Shown: positions 1 through 10,974 of the stretch, in pieces
How the letters are laid out: each line of letters begins with the position of its first letter
Numbering within the stretch: the first letter of the stretch is position 1
Assembly (NCBI RefSeq): GCF_001194135.2
Contig: NC_068985.1
Span: 119,874,625 to 119,918,166, forward strand
Length of the DNA: 43,542 nt
Direction: 5' to 3'
Origin: Octopus bimaculoides
Taxonomy: Eukaryota
The notes under the pieces: generated by a model
Told to the model about the DNA's origin: nothing
Seen by the model: the letters and a program-made list of their open reading frames with translations, nothing else
The model's database searches: none
Position numbers and translations under genes: made by a program

Positions 1-236
1 TATGTAAAATACTGTCTATGTGATCTCAAATTTTAAAGCAAACATAATTTTCTTATGGTTTCTTAAACATTCACTTGAACAAAACTGTACAAATCCAAAT
101 ATATGGTACCCTAGGCATAACACCTACATGAACTTCTAACTTGTTGTCTCTTGAGGTCTCTGGGTGAGACTTGGATCCAACTTGTACAAATGCAAAACAA
201 AAGTCAAACATAAAATAATAATAATAATATTAATAA
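1..236 (+). mobile_element. 3' end of an R4/Dong-like non-LTR retroelement (last codons, 3' UTR, (AAT)n tail)
   Basis: Frame from base 3 reads C-K-I-L-S-M-stop (TGA 21-23), matching the ILRxxLx-stop ending of the elements at 7014 and 7303. It is followed by about 190 bp of UTR and an (AAT)n run at about 215-236. The window starts inside the element. Confidence 0.5.
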
Positions 237-442
237 TAACAACAACAACAACAAAAACAATAAAGAGGAGGAAGACCACAGCGAATAGCAAACAGCATCG
301 AGGTGTGACAGTGAGCTACCGGTAAGATAGATCAAATTTGAAACCATCAAGAAGCAGGAATTAAGAAACCACAAAATACAATGAAAGATAACTAGGCTTT
401 AATGTAAGCCATCTCGGGAAACTGAATGATTTTTCTTATATG

Positions 443-478
<36 letters not shown>

Positions 479-1028
479 NNNNNNNNNNNNNNNNNNNNNN
501 NNNNNNNNNNNNNNNNNNNNNNNNNNNNNNNNNNNNNNNNNNNNNNNNNNNNNNNNNNNNNNNNNNNNNNNNNNNNNNNNNNNNNNNNNNNNNNNNNNNN
601 NNNNNNNNNNNNNNNNNNNNNNNNNNNNNNNNNNNNNNNNNNNNNNNNNNNNNNNNNNNNNNNNNNNNNNNNNNNNNNNNNNNNNNNNNNNNNNNNNNNN
701 NNNNNNNNNNNNNNNNNNNNNNNNNNNNNNNNNNNNNNNNNNNNNNNNNNNNNNNNNNNNNNNNNNNNNNNNNNNNNNNNNNNNNNNNNNNNNNNNNNNN
801 NNNNNNNNNNNNNNNNNNNNNNNNNNNNNNNNNNNNNNNNNNNNNNNNNNNNNNNNNNNNNNNNNNNNNNNNNNNNNNNNNNNNNNNNNNNNNNNNNNNN
901 NNNNNNNNNNNNNNNNNNNNNNNNNNNNNNNNNNNNNTGTGTGTGTGTGTGTGTGTATATTAATAAAAAATTAGAAATTTAAATTTTAGCAGTAATATTT
1001 TAACCTCTAAGTTTGATGAGTTTTTTCT

Positions 1029-1107
1029 TGTCCTCTACTTTTTGTCCTCTACTTCTTGTCCTCTACTTGTCCTCTACTTCTTTGTCCTCTACTTCCTGTC
1101 CTCTACT
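1029..1107. repeat. Pyrimidine-rich tandem repeat, 6 copies of core TGTCCTCTACT with 0-4 nt linkers
   Basis: Core starts at 1029, 1043, 1057, 1068, 1083 and 1097. Confidence 0.95.
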
Positions 1108-1352
1108 TTTCCAGGTTCAATTGTTAAGAATATTGTTAGTATGTGTCTGCTTTTCCTTTGGCTAGTCCAGTGTTTTTACAGGCATTGCGGTAATAGTAAA
1201 ATTTTAATTAAAAGTATATAAAATCACCATTTCTTGCAATCATGTTGAATTAAAAAAAAATTACCAAGAAAATTCAAGCAAAATTTTGATTTTTTTATTT
1301 GACTAATTCTCATTTAGAAATTAAATTAAAGAAGAATGATAATCATTGCAAC

Positions 1353-1745
1353 TTTGCCTTTTCTGGACATAATGTACGCATTGTAATTTCGGTACTGTAC
1401 AGAGACAGAATTACAAATGAATATATTTAAAGGATTTTTAAAATAATGAAAAAAAAAGAAAGAAATGAGGATACAAATTTAATATTGAATAAAATATAAT
1501 TACAGATAGCATTTGCCTTTTTTGAACGGCCCTATTACAGACATCAGTACAAATAATCATATTCTATATACTATCGAGTAAATAAAGAAATTATAAATAA
1601 AGTCATTTTTAGCATGCAAATAATTAACTCCATGTTTGAAAATTAAATATAGTGAAAATTTACTGTTAAAATATTTGAATTGTTGTCATTTGCCTTTTCT
1701 GAACAGCCCCACTACATGATTCAGTACTGCCTATAGAGACAAATT
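1353..1745. repeat. Degenerate repeat of about 160-175 bp period, three copies of TTTGCCTTTT(C/T)TG(A/G)AC...CAGTAC
   Basis: Motif at 1353, 1512 and 1689. Copies 1 and 3 also share a downstream AGAGACA(G/A)A. Confidence 0.55.
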
Positions 1746-1966
1746 CAAAAAAATAAAAATATTTTATTAAATAATATTGTTATTAAAATGGTTTATTCAA
1801 AAATGGACATTAAAAAACCATACGACAAAAAAATTAAGCAAAAAATTTAATTTTTTACAAAAAATAATTTAGACTAATGAAAAAAAATATTAGAACTCTT
1901 TGTATGGATTTTTGTTGTCTTTTATCTTTTGTTACGTGAGCGCCTAATATATGAGTTGTGGGCATA

Positions 1967-2788
1967 ACTACAGATTTCTGCTCCTCTCCAAAATTTGGAT
2001 GATCATAACTTTCAGAAAAATAACTCTTTAACTCTTTTACTTGTTTCAGTTATTTGACTGTGGCCATGCTGGAGCATCGCCTTTAGTCGAGCAAATCGAC
2101 CCCAGGACTTATTCTTTGTAAGCCTAGTACTTATTCTATCGGTCTCTTTTGCCGAACCGCTACGTTACGGGGACGTAAACACACCACCATCAGCTGTCAA
2201 GCGATGCTGAGGGACAAACACAGACACACAAACATATACACACACATGCATATATACATATATACGACGGGCGTTTTTCAGTTTCCGTCTACCGAATCCA
2301 CTCACAAGGCTTTGGTCGGCCCGAGGCTATAGTAGAAGACACTTGCCCATTGTGCCACGCAGTAGGACTGAACCCGGAACCATGTGGTTCGTAAGCAAGC
2401 TACTTACTACACAGCCACTCCTGCGCCTGGATATTTTTTTAATGAAATTTTCTACGAATATGTTTTATATCATGGAGATTCCGAATATATAAAATTTTGG
2501 TGGGGAAAGTCTTTTAGGAGTGGGTGAGGAATTTCGAAACACACACTTGAGTCCGTTCAATTCGTCTTAACTTTCAACAAAAAGGATATTTTTTAATGGA
2601 ATTCTCAACAAACATACCTCGGACTATGTGGATTTCGAGAACATAGAAATTTTTGGGGACACTATTAAGGGTTATTTGTGAGAACCGTTCTCCACTCGAG
2701 GGTGTTTCGGAACAAGTCGTCCATATTTGTTTCATTTTCTCTATTCTGTGCGTTTCTGCAAAGTAGATTTCTACCACACAGACACACA

Positions 2789-2823
<35 letters not shown>

Positions 2824-3373
2824 NNNNNNNNNNNNNNNNNNNNNNNNNNNNNNNNNNNNNNNNNNNNNNNNNNNNNNNNNNNNNNNNNNNNNNNNNNNNN
2901 NNNNNNNNNNNNNNNNNNNNNNNNNNNNNNNNNNNNNNNNNNNNNNNNNNNNNNNNNNNNNNNNNNNNNNNNNNNNNNNNNNNNNNNNNNNNNNNNNNNN
3001 NNNNNNNNNNNNNNNNNNNNNNNNNNNNNNNNNNNNNNNNNNNNNNNNNNNNNNNNNNNNNNNNNNNNNNNNNNNNNNNNNNNNNNNNNNNNNNNNNNNN
3101 NNNNNNNNNNNNNNNNNNNNNNNNNNNNNNNNNNNNNNNNNNNNNNNNNNNNNNNNNNNNNNNNNNNNNNNNNNNNNNNNNNNNNNNNNNNNNNNNNNNN
3201 NNNNNNNNNNNNNNNNNNNNNNNNNNNNNNNNNNNNNNNNNNNNNNNNNNNNNNNNATATTCGGATTCTACATGATATAACACGTAATCATAGAACAGTC
3301 TATTTAAAAACATCCATTTTTCCGATAGTTATGATCATCCAAATTCTGTGGGGTGGGGACAGAAATCTGTAGT
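1967..3373. mobile_element. Non-autonomous foldback/MITE-like element with long terminal inverted repeats, a nested SINE and an assembly gap
   Basis: 1967-2022 joined to 2429-2488 is the reverse complement of 3257-3373 (ACTACAGATTTCTG...GATCATAACT...GGAT.TTTTT...TTATATCATG.AGA.TCCGAATAT). An internal degenerate direct repeat lies at 2429-2500 vs 2584-2660. Confidence 0.8.
2023..2428 (-). mobile_element. tRNA-derived SINE, family A, full length
   Basis: Minus-strand head AGGCGCAGGAGTGGCTGTGTAG (A box)...GGTTCAGTCC (B box), central CA/TA microsatellite, 3' end CCAGCATGGCCACAGTCAAATAACTGAAACAAGTAAAAGAGT with a tandem tail. Homologous to copies at 9033, 12312, 16492 and 25592. Confidence 0.9.
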
Positions 3374-4599
3374 ATGCTTGAGTAGTGTCCCTTAAATATA
3401 ACGCAGAAATTGATAAAAATTTGAGAATTAAAATTAAATATCTTTTTTGCTAATGGATAAAATTTTACGAAACCTTTACCAATGTATTCATTTAACATTT
3501 CTCTTTCATATTAATATCAATATAATCAAAATTATAAGAATGGTGTGGATTCAAAGTGTCGATGTCAGGTGTTACTCCCCGTCAGTCAACCAGTTTGGTC
3601 TATACATTGTTTTTCTCTTAACTTTTGTTCCACTGCACCAGATTTTAAGTATTGTATCTCTAAATGTAATTTATCTCTAGGGAAACATAATTAAAAAAAC
3701 TAAATTTGATCTCGATTAAAACTGAATTAGTGAAACTGTTTGGAAGACGCTGACTGCGACAAAATAGCTACGTTAAGAATGTTATTAACTACTACCATGG
3801 TTGAATGATATATATATATATATATATATATCAACAAAGTAGCTTCCCTCAGATGTGCTATCAGAACAACACGTGCGTGAAAATGTAAATGCATGGACTG
3901 CAATACCTCTACACGAAAACTGCAAACGTGTGTGCAAAATGTTAAACATATTAGTCATATATGCATCCATCCATATCTATAAAAACCCTCTAAATATATG
4001 GACATTGCTGTTTCTTCTCGGTTTCTCGCTTATATATCAGTAATAATTATAAATGCGAAAGAAACATTAGCACATGCCCAGGTGCTGTGTTCTGCCAAAA
4101 AGTAAACGCTGTAAAGACGGACCCATAACAAAAGGGAAAAAAATGAAAAAGAACAATAGACAGATAACCACGATTACTATGAAAGGGTTGATTTGTGATT
4201 TATACACACTACTATGCAACATTCCTCCAAAACCATACAGGAATAAGCCCATACATTAAATACCCCCACCAATATGAACAAACTCCACAACATGTCCTTA
4301 GAAATCGGATGAACACCACATGCACTGCACAAACGACACACAATAAATAACTAATACCACAGAAGACTCAAACCAAACCCCATAACAAAATATACTGATG
4401 CAATACAATATTCCTCAAAGGAAAAAAAGAAAAAGAAAAGAAAAATGAAGCACTCCACCCCCAGCACAAAAGTGCAGCAAGTGATACAATAGGGAGTTAC
4501 TTGGAACTATCAGATGTCGAAAGATAATAGTGGTGATGACGATGCTGACAAACGTTACTTTACCACAGTTTATGAGAGACAAAAGTTTACATAAAATCT

Positions 4600-7124
4600 C
4601 TGGTTTTAACAGCGAAAATTAGGTTGGACCTGTAAAGGAAGGCCTCTCGCTCGGCAATTGTTCAGTAAAGGTGCAGACTGACCACAGTTATTATCCTAAT
4701 ACAGCATCAGCAGATCATAAAGTGAGGAGGAGGAAATGGACCAGCGAAGAAAACAGAATTGTGAAGCAGTGCTATTTAGAAAGTGAATTTAGAAGGGGCT
4801 ATAAAGAACGGATGTTAACAGTTTGGGTAGAGAAGGGTATGTTTAAAGTGACTGAATGGAGACTAGTAGATCAAGCTAATGCTATTAGGAGAAGTAAATA
4901 GATGTTACAGTTGGAGGTGAAAGAGATCACAAGAGAGCTGCAAAGAAACCCCAGGCAGTAAGAAAGACAAGTAACAACATAAGAAATACACTTCAAACCA
5001 AAGAACATATATAAATACTTAGTCAAAGAGAAAGGATTTGGGACAGACGCAGAATAATTGAAACGGCGTATCATAGAAGATGCAGGTAAGCTTTCCTGAT
5101 ATCAGAATAGTATAGATCAATATCAATTGAATAGATTATTTGAGACAGATCAGAGTTTTATAACCAAATAAATAATGGGGAAGAAAGTACTGAAGATGAG
5201 AAACCTAATGCACAAGAAGCTAGAAAGTTTTGGATAATATTTGGGATAAGCCTGTCAATCATAATAGAGATGCAGCATGGTTAAAGCAAGTGAGGGAAGA
5301 AGAAGTATGTAAGAAGCAGCCACATCTAAGAATTGAGAGGAATGTAACGTGCCTCCTGAAGAGAAGTATGGTGTGATGGAAAATTTAACTGACACCTTAC
5401 GGAAAAAGCTCGGGTACTTTGGGTATCAGATAAGGGATTTTCCAGGTAAACACCTTTCTCCGTTGCTTTTCGTTCTTTGCATGATACCACTGACCTTGGT
5501 ACTCAGAAAAATGATCCTGGGGGTACTCACTAAAAGAAAAATCCCAAACAGTCAACCACCTCCTCTTCATAGATGATTAGAAATTGTATGGCAAGAATAA
5601 GACACAAGTTAGTTCCTTGGTGAACACAGTCCACTGTATTATCATTGATATTAGAATGGAATTTGCACTAAAGAAGTGCGGAATAATATTTCTAAAATGG
5701 GGCAAGATACAGTCCCTAGAAGGGATAGAATTACCGAATACAGACTTGATTAAACAAATTGAAACGGAAGGATACAAATACCTTGGTGTACTAGAAGTCA
5801 CCGAGATAATGGAAATGGAAATGGAAATGAAAGAGCAATTGAGGAAGGAGTATTTCCGAAGACTGAGGTTGGTGCTGTGCTCAAAATTGACTGGATGGAA
5901 TAAAATCCAAGCAGTTAATACGTGAGCAATAGTATCACTTCATTATGGAGTGGGAATTATAAAATGGCAAACGAGAGGGGTGAAGAAAATGGATACCAAA
6001 CCAGGAAAATGTTGACAATACACGGAACCTTCCACCCTAAGAGTGACACTGATAGGCTGTACTTGTCCAGAAGGAAGGGCGTTAGATGCTTGATCAGTTG
6101 TCAAGAATGTATCGAAGCAGAGGAAGACAGCCTAGGGTGGTATATAAAATAACGTGGAGCTACTGCTGAAACGCACAAAGAAGGCCGACGTCATCAAAAC
6201 TGAAAATTGTGTAACTACAGAAAAATTTAAACAAGAAATGAACAAAAAAAAAAAGCATGGAAGGAAAAGAAAATGTACGGTCAGTTTGCAATATATATGA
6301 ATGTCAAGACAGATGCATAGAGCCGATGGCTATGTACGAGGAGGAGTGACCTGAAGATAGAGACAGAAGCACTCATATGCACAGCTCAGGAACAAGTGTT
6401 TAGGACCAATTATATGAAGTGCCGAATAGACAACATTACCGGTAGCGACAAACGCAGAATGTGTAGTAAAAGGGGTGAAACGGTATGGCACATTGTTAGC
6501 GAAAGCCTGAAACTGGCACAACGCGAATGCAAAAGACGCCATGGAAATATGGCAATAATGATCTATTGGGAACTCTGTGGAGACCACAGCCTACAAAGAG
6601 CAAAGACGTGGTATGAGAAACTCCAGAAGAAGTCACCGAAAATGAGAATAGCAAAATCTTGTGGGACGCAGTGCGATCACGTGACCAGACATCGGAAACC
6701 GGACATTGTTGTGGGAATAAAAAAAAAGAAAGAACATGTATGATAATCGATATAGATGCCCCGGTGACAACAGGATCAATGTGAAAGAAGAAGAAAAAGT
6801 AAACAATTATGACAATTTAAAGTGAGAAATCCAAAAGTTGTGGTCAATGAGGAGAATAGACGTGATACCAACAGTGATTTGTGCACTTGGAAGTATCAGC
6901 ACTCAACTACCAGCGTGGCTCAAAAAGATTGGTGCAAATGTTAAGGTAGAACACCTACAAAAATCGGTATTGCTTGGAACTGCAAGAATTCTTCGCAGGG
7001 TTCTTGAAGCATGACCAGTAAACAAGTGTCACCTTAGTCTGCTGGCTGTGGAGAGCTGACACTTTCCATCATACCCATCAAAATAAGCTGAGAGTTGTAA
7101 AGCAACAAGAACAAGAACAAGAAC

Positions 7125-7181
<57 letters not shown>

Positions 7182-7182
7182 A
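4600..7182 (+). mobile_element. R4/Dong-clade non-LTR retrotransposon (RT + CCHC + restriction-like endonuclease), decayed and internally deleted
   Basis: N-terminal RRKWTSEENRIVKQCY...RGYKERML..W.EKGMF...RLVDQANAIR; RT motifs IR.GIFQ...SPLLFVLCMIPL, NHLLFIDD*KLY and YKYLGVLE; HPKSDTDRLYL; C-terminal CR.C...ETV.HI and KPDIVV; end PTVI.ALG...LLGTARILRRVLEA-stop (TGA 7012-7014). A 3' UTR and (AAT)n tail follow at about 7124-7183. Many stops and frameshifts; the 5' boundary is approximate. Confidence 0.92.
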
Positions 7183-7275
7183 ANNNNNNNNNNNNNNNNN
7201 NNNNNNNNNNNNNNNNNNNNNNNNNNNNNNNNNNNNNNNNNNNNNNNNNNNNNNNNNNNNNNNNNNNNNNNNNNN

Positions 7276-7397
7276 TCTACGCAAAACACTTTCAATACAG
7301 TAAACATAAGAGCACCACAGCAAACCACAGCACATACCCAAGGCGCACAGAGCTGCGCTCGGTAGTGAAGTGAAAGCACGTTATAAAAATAAAACTA

Positions 7398-7436
<39 letters not shown>
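7276..7436 (+). mobile_element. 3' end of a second R4/Dong-like family with (AAT)n tail
   Basis: Immediately after the gap the frame reads L-R-K-T-L-S-I-Q-stop (TAA 7301-7303). A 97-bp UTR unrelated to the preceding element follows, then (AAT)n at 7401-7436. Confidence 0.65.
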
Positions 7437-7466
<30 letters not shown>

Positions 7467-7590
7467 AATAATAATAATAATGATAATAATAATAATAAGG
7501 CGAGAATGGAGATATAGCTGATCAGGGTGAAAGTTTCCCGCCTGACACAAAAAAAAAAAGAGAAAAAAGAAAAAAAGAATAATGAAAAGC

Positions 7591-7790
7591 CTTTGTACTA
7601 TAGGCACAAGACCTGAAATTTTGGAGGAGAGGGATAGTCGATTACATCAACCGCAGCATTTGACTGGTACTTATATTTTCGACCCGAAATTATGAAAGAT
7701 AAAGTCATCTTCGGTTGGATTTGAACTCAGGTCAGAAAGACGAACGAAATGCAACTAATCAGTTGGTCCAGGGTGCCAGCTCGCAGTCTT
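7591..7790 (-). mobile_element. tRNA-derived SINE, family B (Deu/Nin-like core), diverged
   Basis: Aligns by eye to the 30171-30399 copy: CTGGTACTTA...TCGACCCGAAA..ATGAAAG..AAAGTC...GGATTTGAACTCAG...GCCAGCTCGC. Confidence 0.75.
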
Positions 7791-8523
7791 AATAATAATT
7801 ATTATAATAATAACGATAACCACAGCAACCGCCACCATAACAACAAACAAATTAGATAGAACGATTATATTAATATGGTTGCTAGATAACTCCCCTAATA
7901 AAATTTACTCACGGGTAAATTATTCTTTACCCTCAGATTATTACATAAATTATAGCAAATTATATTTAAATAAAAATGCTGCTTTACATACAAAAGTTCA
8001 ATATCGAGGACTGAATTTGTTATCTATCTCATCTGCGTGATAAGATAGTCAATCTTTACCAACATTCTTGCCTTCCTTCCGTTTCCCTCCCAAGATAATT
8101 TATTATTTACTTCCTCACTCTAACTATTTCACTTTGCCATTAGCCTTTCCATGATGTTGTGAACGTGATGTCACCCAAATGCTCTCAGGTGGGATACGTG
8201 TCATAGCAAACTCCGTCAGTAGAGTTGTAAAGAGTTAACACATATAGCAGTGACAAGAGGGACGATCACTACTGAGACAACACAGCAATGTCAGCAATGT
8301 CGATATGACCGCTTCCGTCCGACTGATGACGTCTTATTACTTGTTGACATCTTATCTGACAGCTCCACCAACTCCTCCAGTTTTCTTTATTCTCTTCTTC
8401 TTTCTGACACTTTATGACGTTTACTTCCATTGCTCTCATGGCTCAGAGGTATATGGACAGCATCATCATTTCTTTGTCTTCCTCTTTCTCACCACCTCCT
8501 CCGCACCCTCTTTTTCTATGAGT

Positions 8524-8676
8524 GTATGTGTGTGTGTGTGTGTGTGTGTATAGACACGCACAGACACATACATATGCACAGCCAGATTCATACATGCATG
8601 CTTTTATTCATACACCCAAACATATATATATATATACATATACATACATACATACATACATACATACATACATACG

Positions 8677-8710
<34 letters not shown>

Positions 8711-8790
8711 CATACATACATACATACATACGTACATACATACATATGCATGCATGCATCATACACACCGGCGCACACGCAGACGCACGC
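8524..8790. repeat. Compound (TG)n/(TACA)n microsatellite
   Basis: Direct reading; it explains the HT/VC-rich ORFs in the track. Confidence 0.95.
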
Positions 8791-9032
8791 ATGTATCGTT
8801 TTTCGTTAGGATTAAAAGTTTGACAATTACTTCAAAATGTTGGCTTTGCAGATTTCACTGGACTGTGGGAAGGTTTATGAGCGTGTGTGTGGAGGTAAAC
8901 ACACAGGCACCCACACAAACACCCACCCACACACCCACACACAACGCGCGCGTACACACGCACACACACATGTATGTATTTATATACATAAAACCATAAA
9001 ACACATGTAAGCATGTTGATGTAAACATATAT

Positions 9033-9255
9033 ACTCTTTTACTCTTTTACTTGTTTCAGTCATTTGACTGCGGCCATGCTGGAGCACCGCCTTCAACCGA
9101 GCAAATCGCCCCCAGGACTTATTCTTTGTAAGCCTAGTACTTATTCTATCGGTCTGTTTTGCCGAACTGCTAAGTTATAGGGACGTAAACACACCGGCAT
9201 TAGTTGTCAAGTGATGTTGGGGGACAAACACAGACACACATACATATACACACAT
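9033..9255 (-). mobile_element. SINE family A, 3' half only
   Basis: Near-identical to 2031-2250 and ends at a (TA)n run. Confidence 0.9.
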
Positions 9256-9328
9256 AAAAATATATATATATATATATATATATAGCCTGAACTGGATAAA
9301 CTACTCCTATTTTGCAGAAAAAAGTGTA

Positions 9329-9406
9329 GGTGGTTAGCTGTGGACTCGAACTCATATCCCCGTGATTACGCGTCACGATGCTCGACCGATTGAGCTAAAC
9401 TCTCCC
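9329..9406 (-). pseudogene. tRNA-like sequence (pseudo-tRNA or SINE head), copy 1
   Basis: Minus strand TAGCTCAATCGGTCGAGCA (intact D arm and A box), CGTGA-CGCGTAA-TCACG (5-bp anticodon stem, CGT in the loop, U33 replaced by G), GAGTTCGAGTCC (B box). Acceptor and T stems do not pair. Confidence 0.7.
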
Positions 9407-9625
9407 AGTACAAATTCCTCTGCAAATTCAAGATGTATAGAAATCTCGCTTTATGAGACGCTATGATATGTTAAATTCAAATTACGACAAACGTAAACAA
9501 AGTTTGCTTTTAGAGGCGTTGAGATGTCTTAGCATGTTAAAGAAGTGAAATTCTCAATCGCATGATAATGCTAATAATATAGCCTGAATAGAATAAATTA
9601 CCCCTATTTTGCTGAAAAAAGTGTA

Positions 9626-9703
9626 GGTGGTTATCTGTGGACTCGAACTCATATCCCCGTGATTACGCGTCACGATGCTCGACCGATTGAGCTAAACTCC
9701 CCC
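9626..9703 (-). pseudogene. tRNA-like sequence (pseudo-tRNA or SINE head), copy 2
   Basis: The D arm, anticodon arm and B box are identical to copy 1. Confidence 0.7.
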
Positions 9704-10842
9704 ACTACAAATTCCTCTGCAAATTCAAGATGTATAGAAATATCGCTTTATATATATATATATATATATNNNNNNNNNNNNNNNNNNNNNNNNNNNNNNN
9801 NNNNNNNNNNNNNNNNNNNNNNNNNNNNNNNNNNNNNNNNNNNNNNNNNNNNNNNNNNNNNNNNNNNNNNNNNNNNNNNNNNNNNNNNNNNNNNNNNNNN
9901 NNNNNNNNNNNNNNNNNNNNNNNNNNNNNNNNNNNNNNNNNNNNNNNNNNNNNNNNNNNNNNNNNNNNNNNNNNNNNNNNNNNNNNNNNNNNNNNNNNNN
10001 NNNNNNNNNNNNNNNNNNNNNNNNNNNNNNNNNNNNNNNNNNNNNNNNNNNNNNNNNNNNNNNNNNNNNNNNNNNNNNNNNNNNNNNNNNNNNNNNNNNN
10101 NNNNNNNNNNNNNNNNNNNNNNNNNNNNNNNNNNNNNNNNNNNNNNNNNNNNNNNNNNNNNNNNNNNNNNNNNNNNNNNNNNNNNNNNNNNNNNNNNNNN
10201 NNNNNNNNNNNNNNNNNNNNNNNNNNNNNNNNNNNNNNNNNNNNNNNNNNNNNNNNNNNNNNNNNNNNNNNNNNNNNNNNNNNNNNNNNNNNNNNNNNNN
10301 NNNNNNNNNNNNNNNNNNNNNNNNNNNNNNNNNNNNNNNNNNNNNNNNNNNNNNNNNNNNNNNNNNNNNNNNNNNNNNNNNNNNNNNNNNNNNNNNNNNN
10401 NNNNNNNNNNNNNNNNNNNNNNNNNNNNNNNNNNNNNNNNNNNNNNNNNNNNNNNNNNNNNNNNNNNNNNNNNNNNNNNNNNNNNNNNNNNNNNNNNNNN
10501 NNNNNNNNNNNNNNNNNNNNNNNNNNNNNNNNNNNNNNNNNNNNNNNNNNNNNNNNNNNNNNNNNNNNNNNNNNNNNNNNNNNNNNNNNNNNNNNNNNNN
10601 NNNNNNNNNNNNNNNNNTATATATATATATATATATATATGTATGTCTGTATATAGCAATAAGAAACTGGAGGGGAATATGTGGTACTCATCAAATTGCA
10701 GACATTGTATTATGTCAATTTGCCTGTATATTTTTCAACTAAGAGGACAGGACAATAAAAGTATACAAACCCATATGACATGTTATGTCATATCAGTAAT
10801 AAAAATTAAAAAGGACATCTAGTGACCGAAGAAGGGACAATG

Positions 10843-10974
10843 TCTTACAGCTGTTTCAGCCTAGTGGTGACATGCCTCATTCTATCTATATAACTCCAGT
10901 AAATTGGAGTAATTGATAGATGAAATGGATGAAAATAGAGGTACATGAATGATCCTCTAGGCCTCTTCAGAGAT
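10843..10974 (-). ncRNA. Type I hammerhead ribozyme motif (minimal, Penelope-type) with extended helix II
   Basis: Minus strand: UCU-CUGAAGA(10970-10964)-GGCCUAG(10963-10957)-92 nt-CUAGGCU(10864-10858)-GAAA-CAGCUG-UA-AGA. All conserved core nucleotides are present; helix II has 7 bp, helix III is the palindrome ACAGCUGU, and helix I has 3 bp. The predicted GUA cleavage lies between 10846 and 10845. Confidence 0.75.

Larger units (their letters stand above)
9283..9751. repeat. Direct repeat of about 170 bp, two copies 297 bp apart, running into a gap
   Basis: 9283-9454 vs 9580-9751 are highly similar (TAGCCTGAA...GTGGACTCGAACTCATATCCCCGTGATTACGCGTCACGATGCTCGACCGATTGAGCTAAAC...TCGCTTTAT). Confidence 0.95.

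Noticed and set aside
4060-4450. AC-rich segment suspected to be a Penelope RT fragment
   Set aside because: No diagnostic motif could be read in any frame.
8140-8520. GC-richer unique segment that might be an exon
   Set aside because: All frames are short or have stops, there is no recognisable domain, and splice signals are not coherent.
9329-9703. Functional tRNA-Thr(CGT) genes
   Set aside because: Acceptor and T stems are unpaired, U33 is replaced by G, and there is an extra base before the anticodon stem. Kept as pseudo-tRNA or SINE-like.
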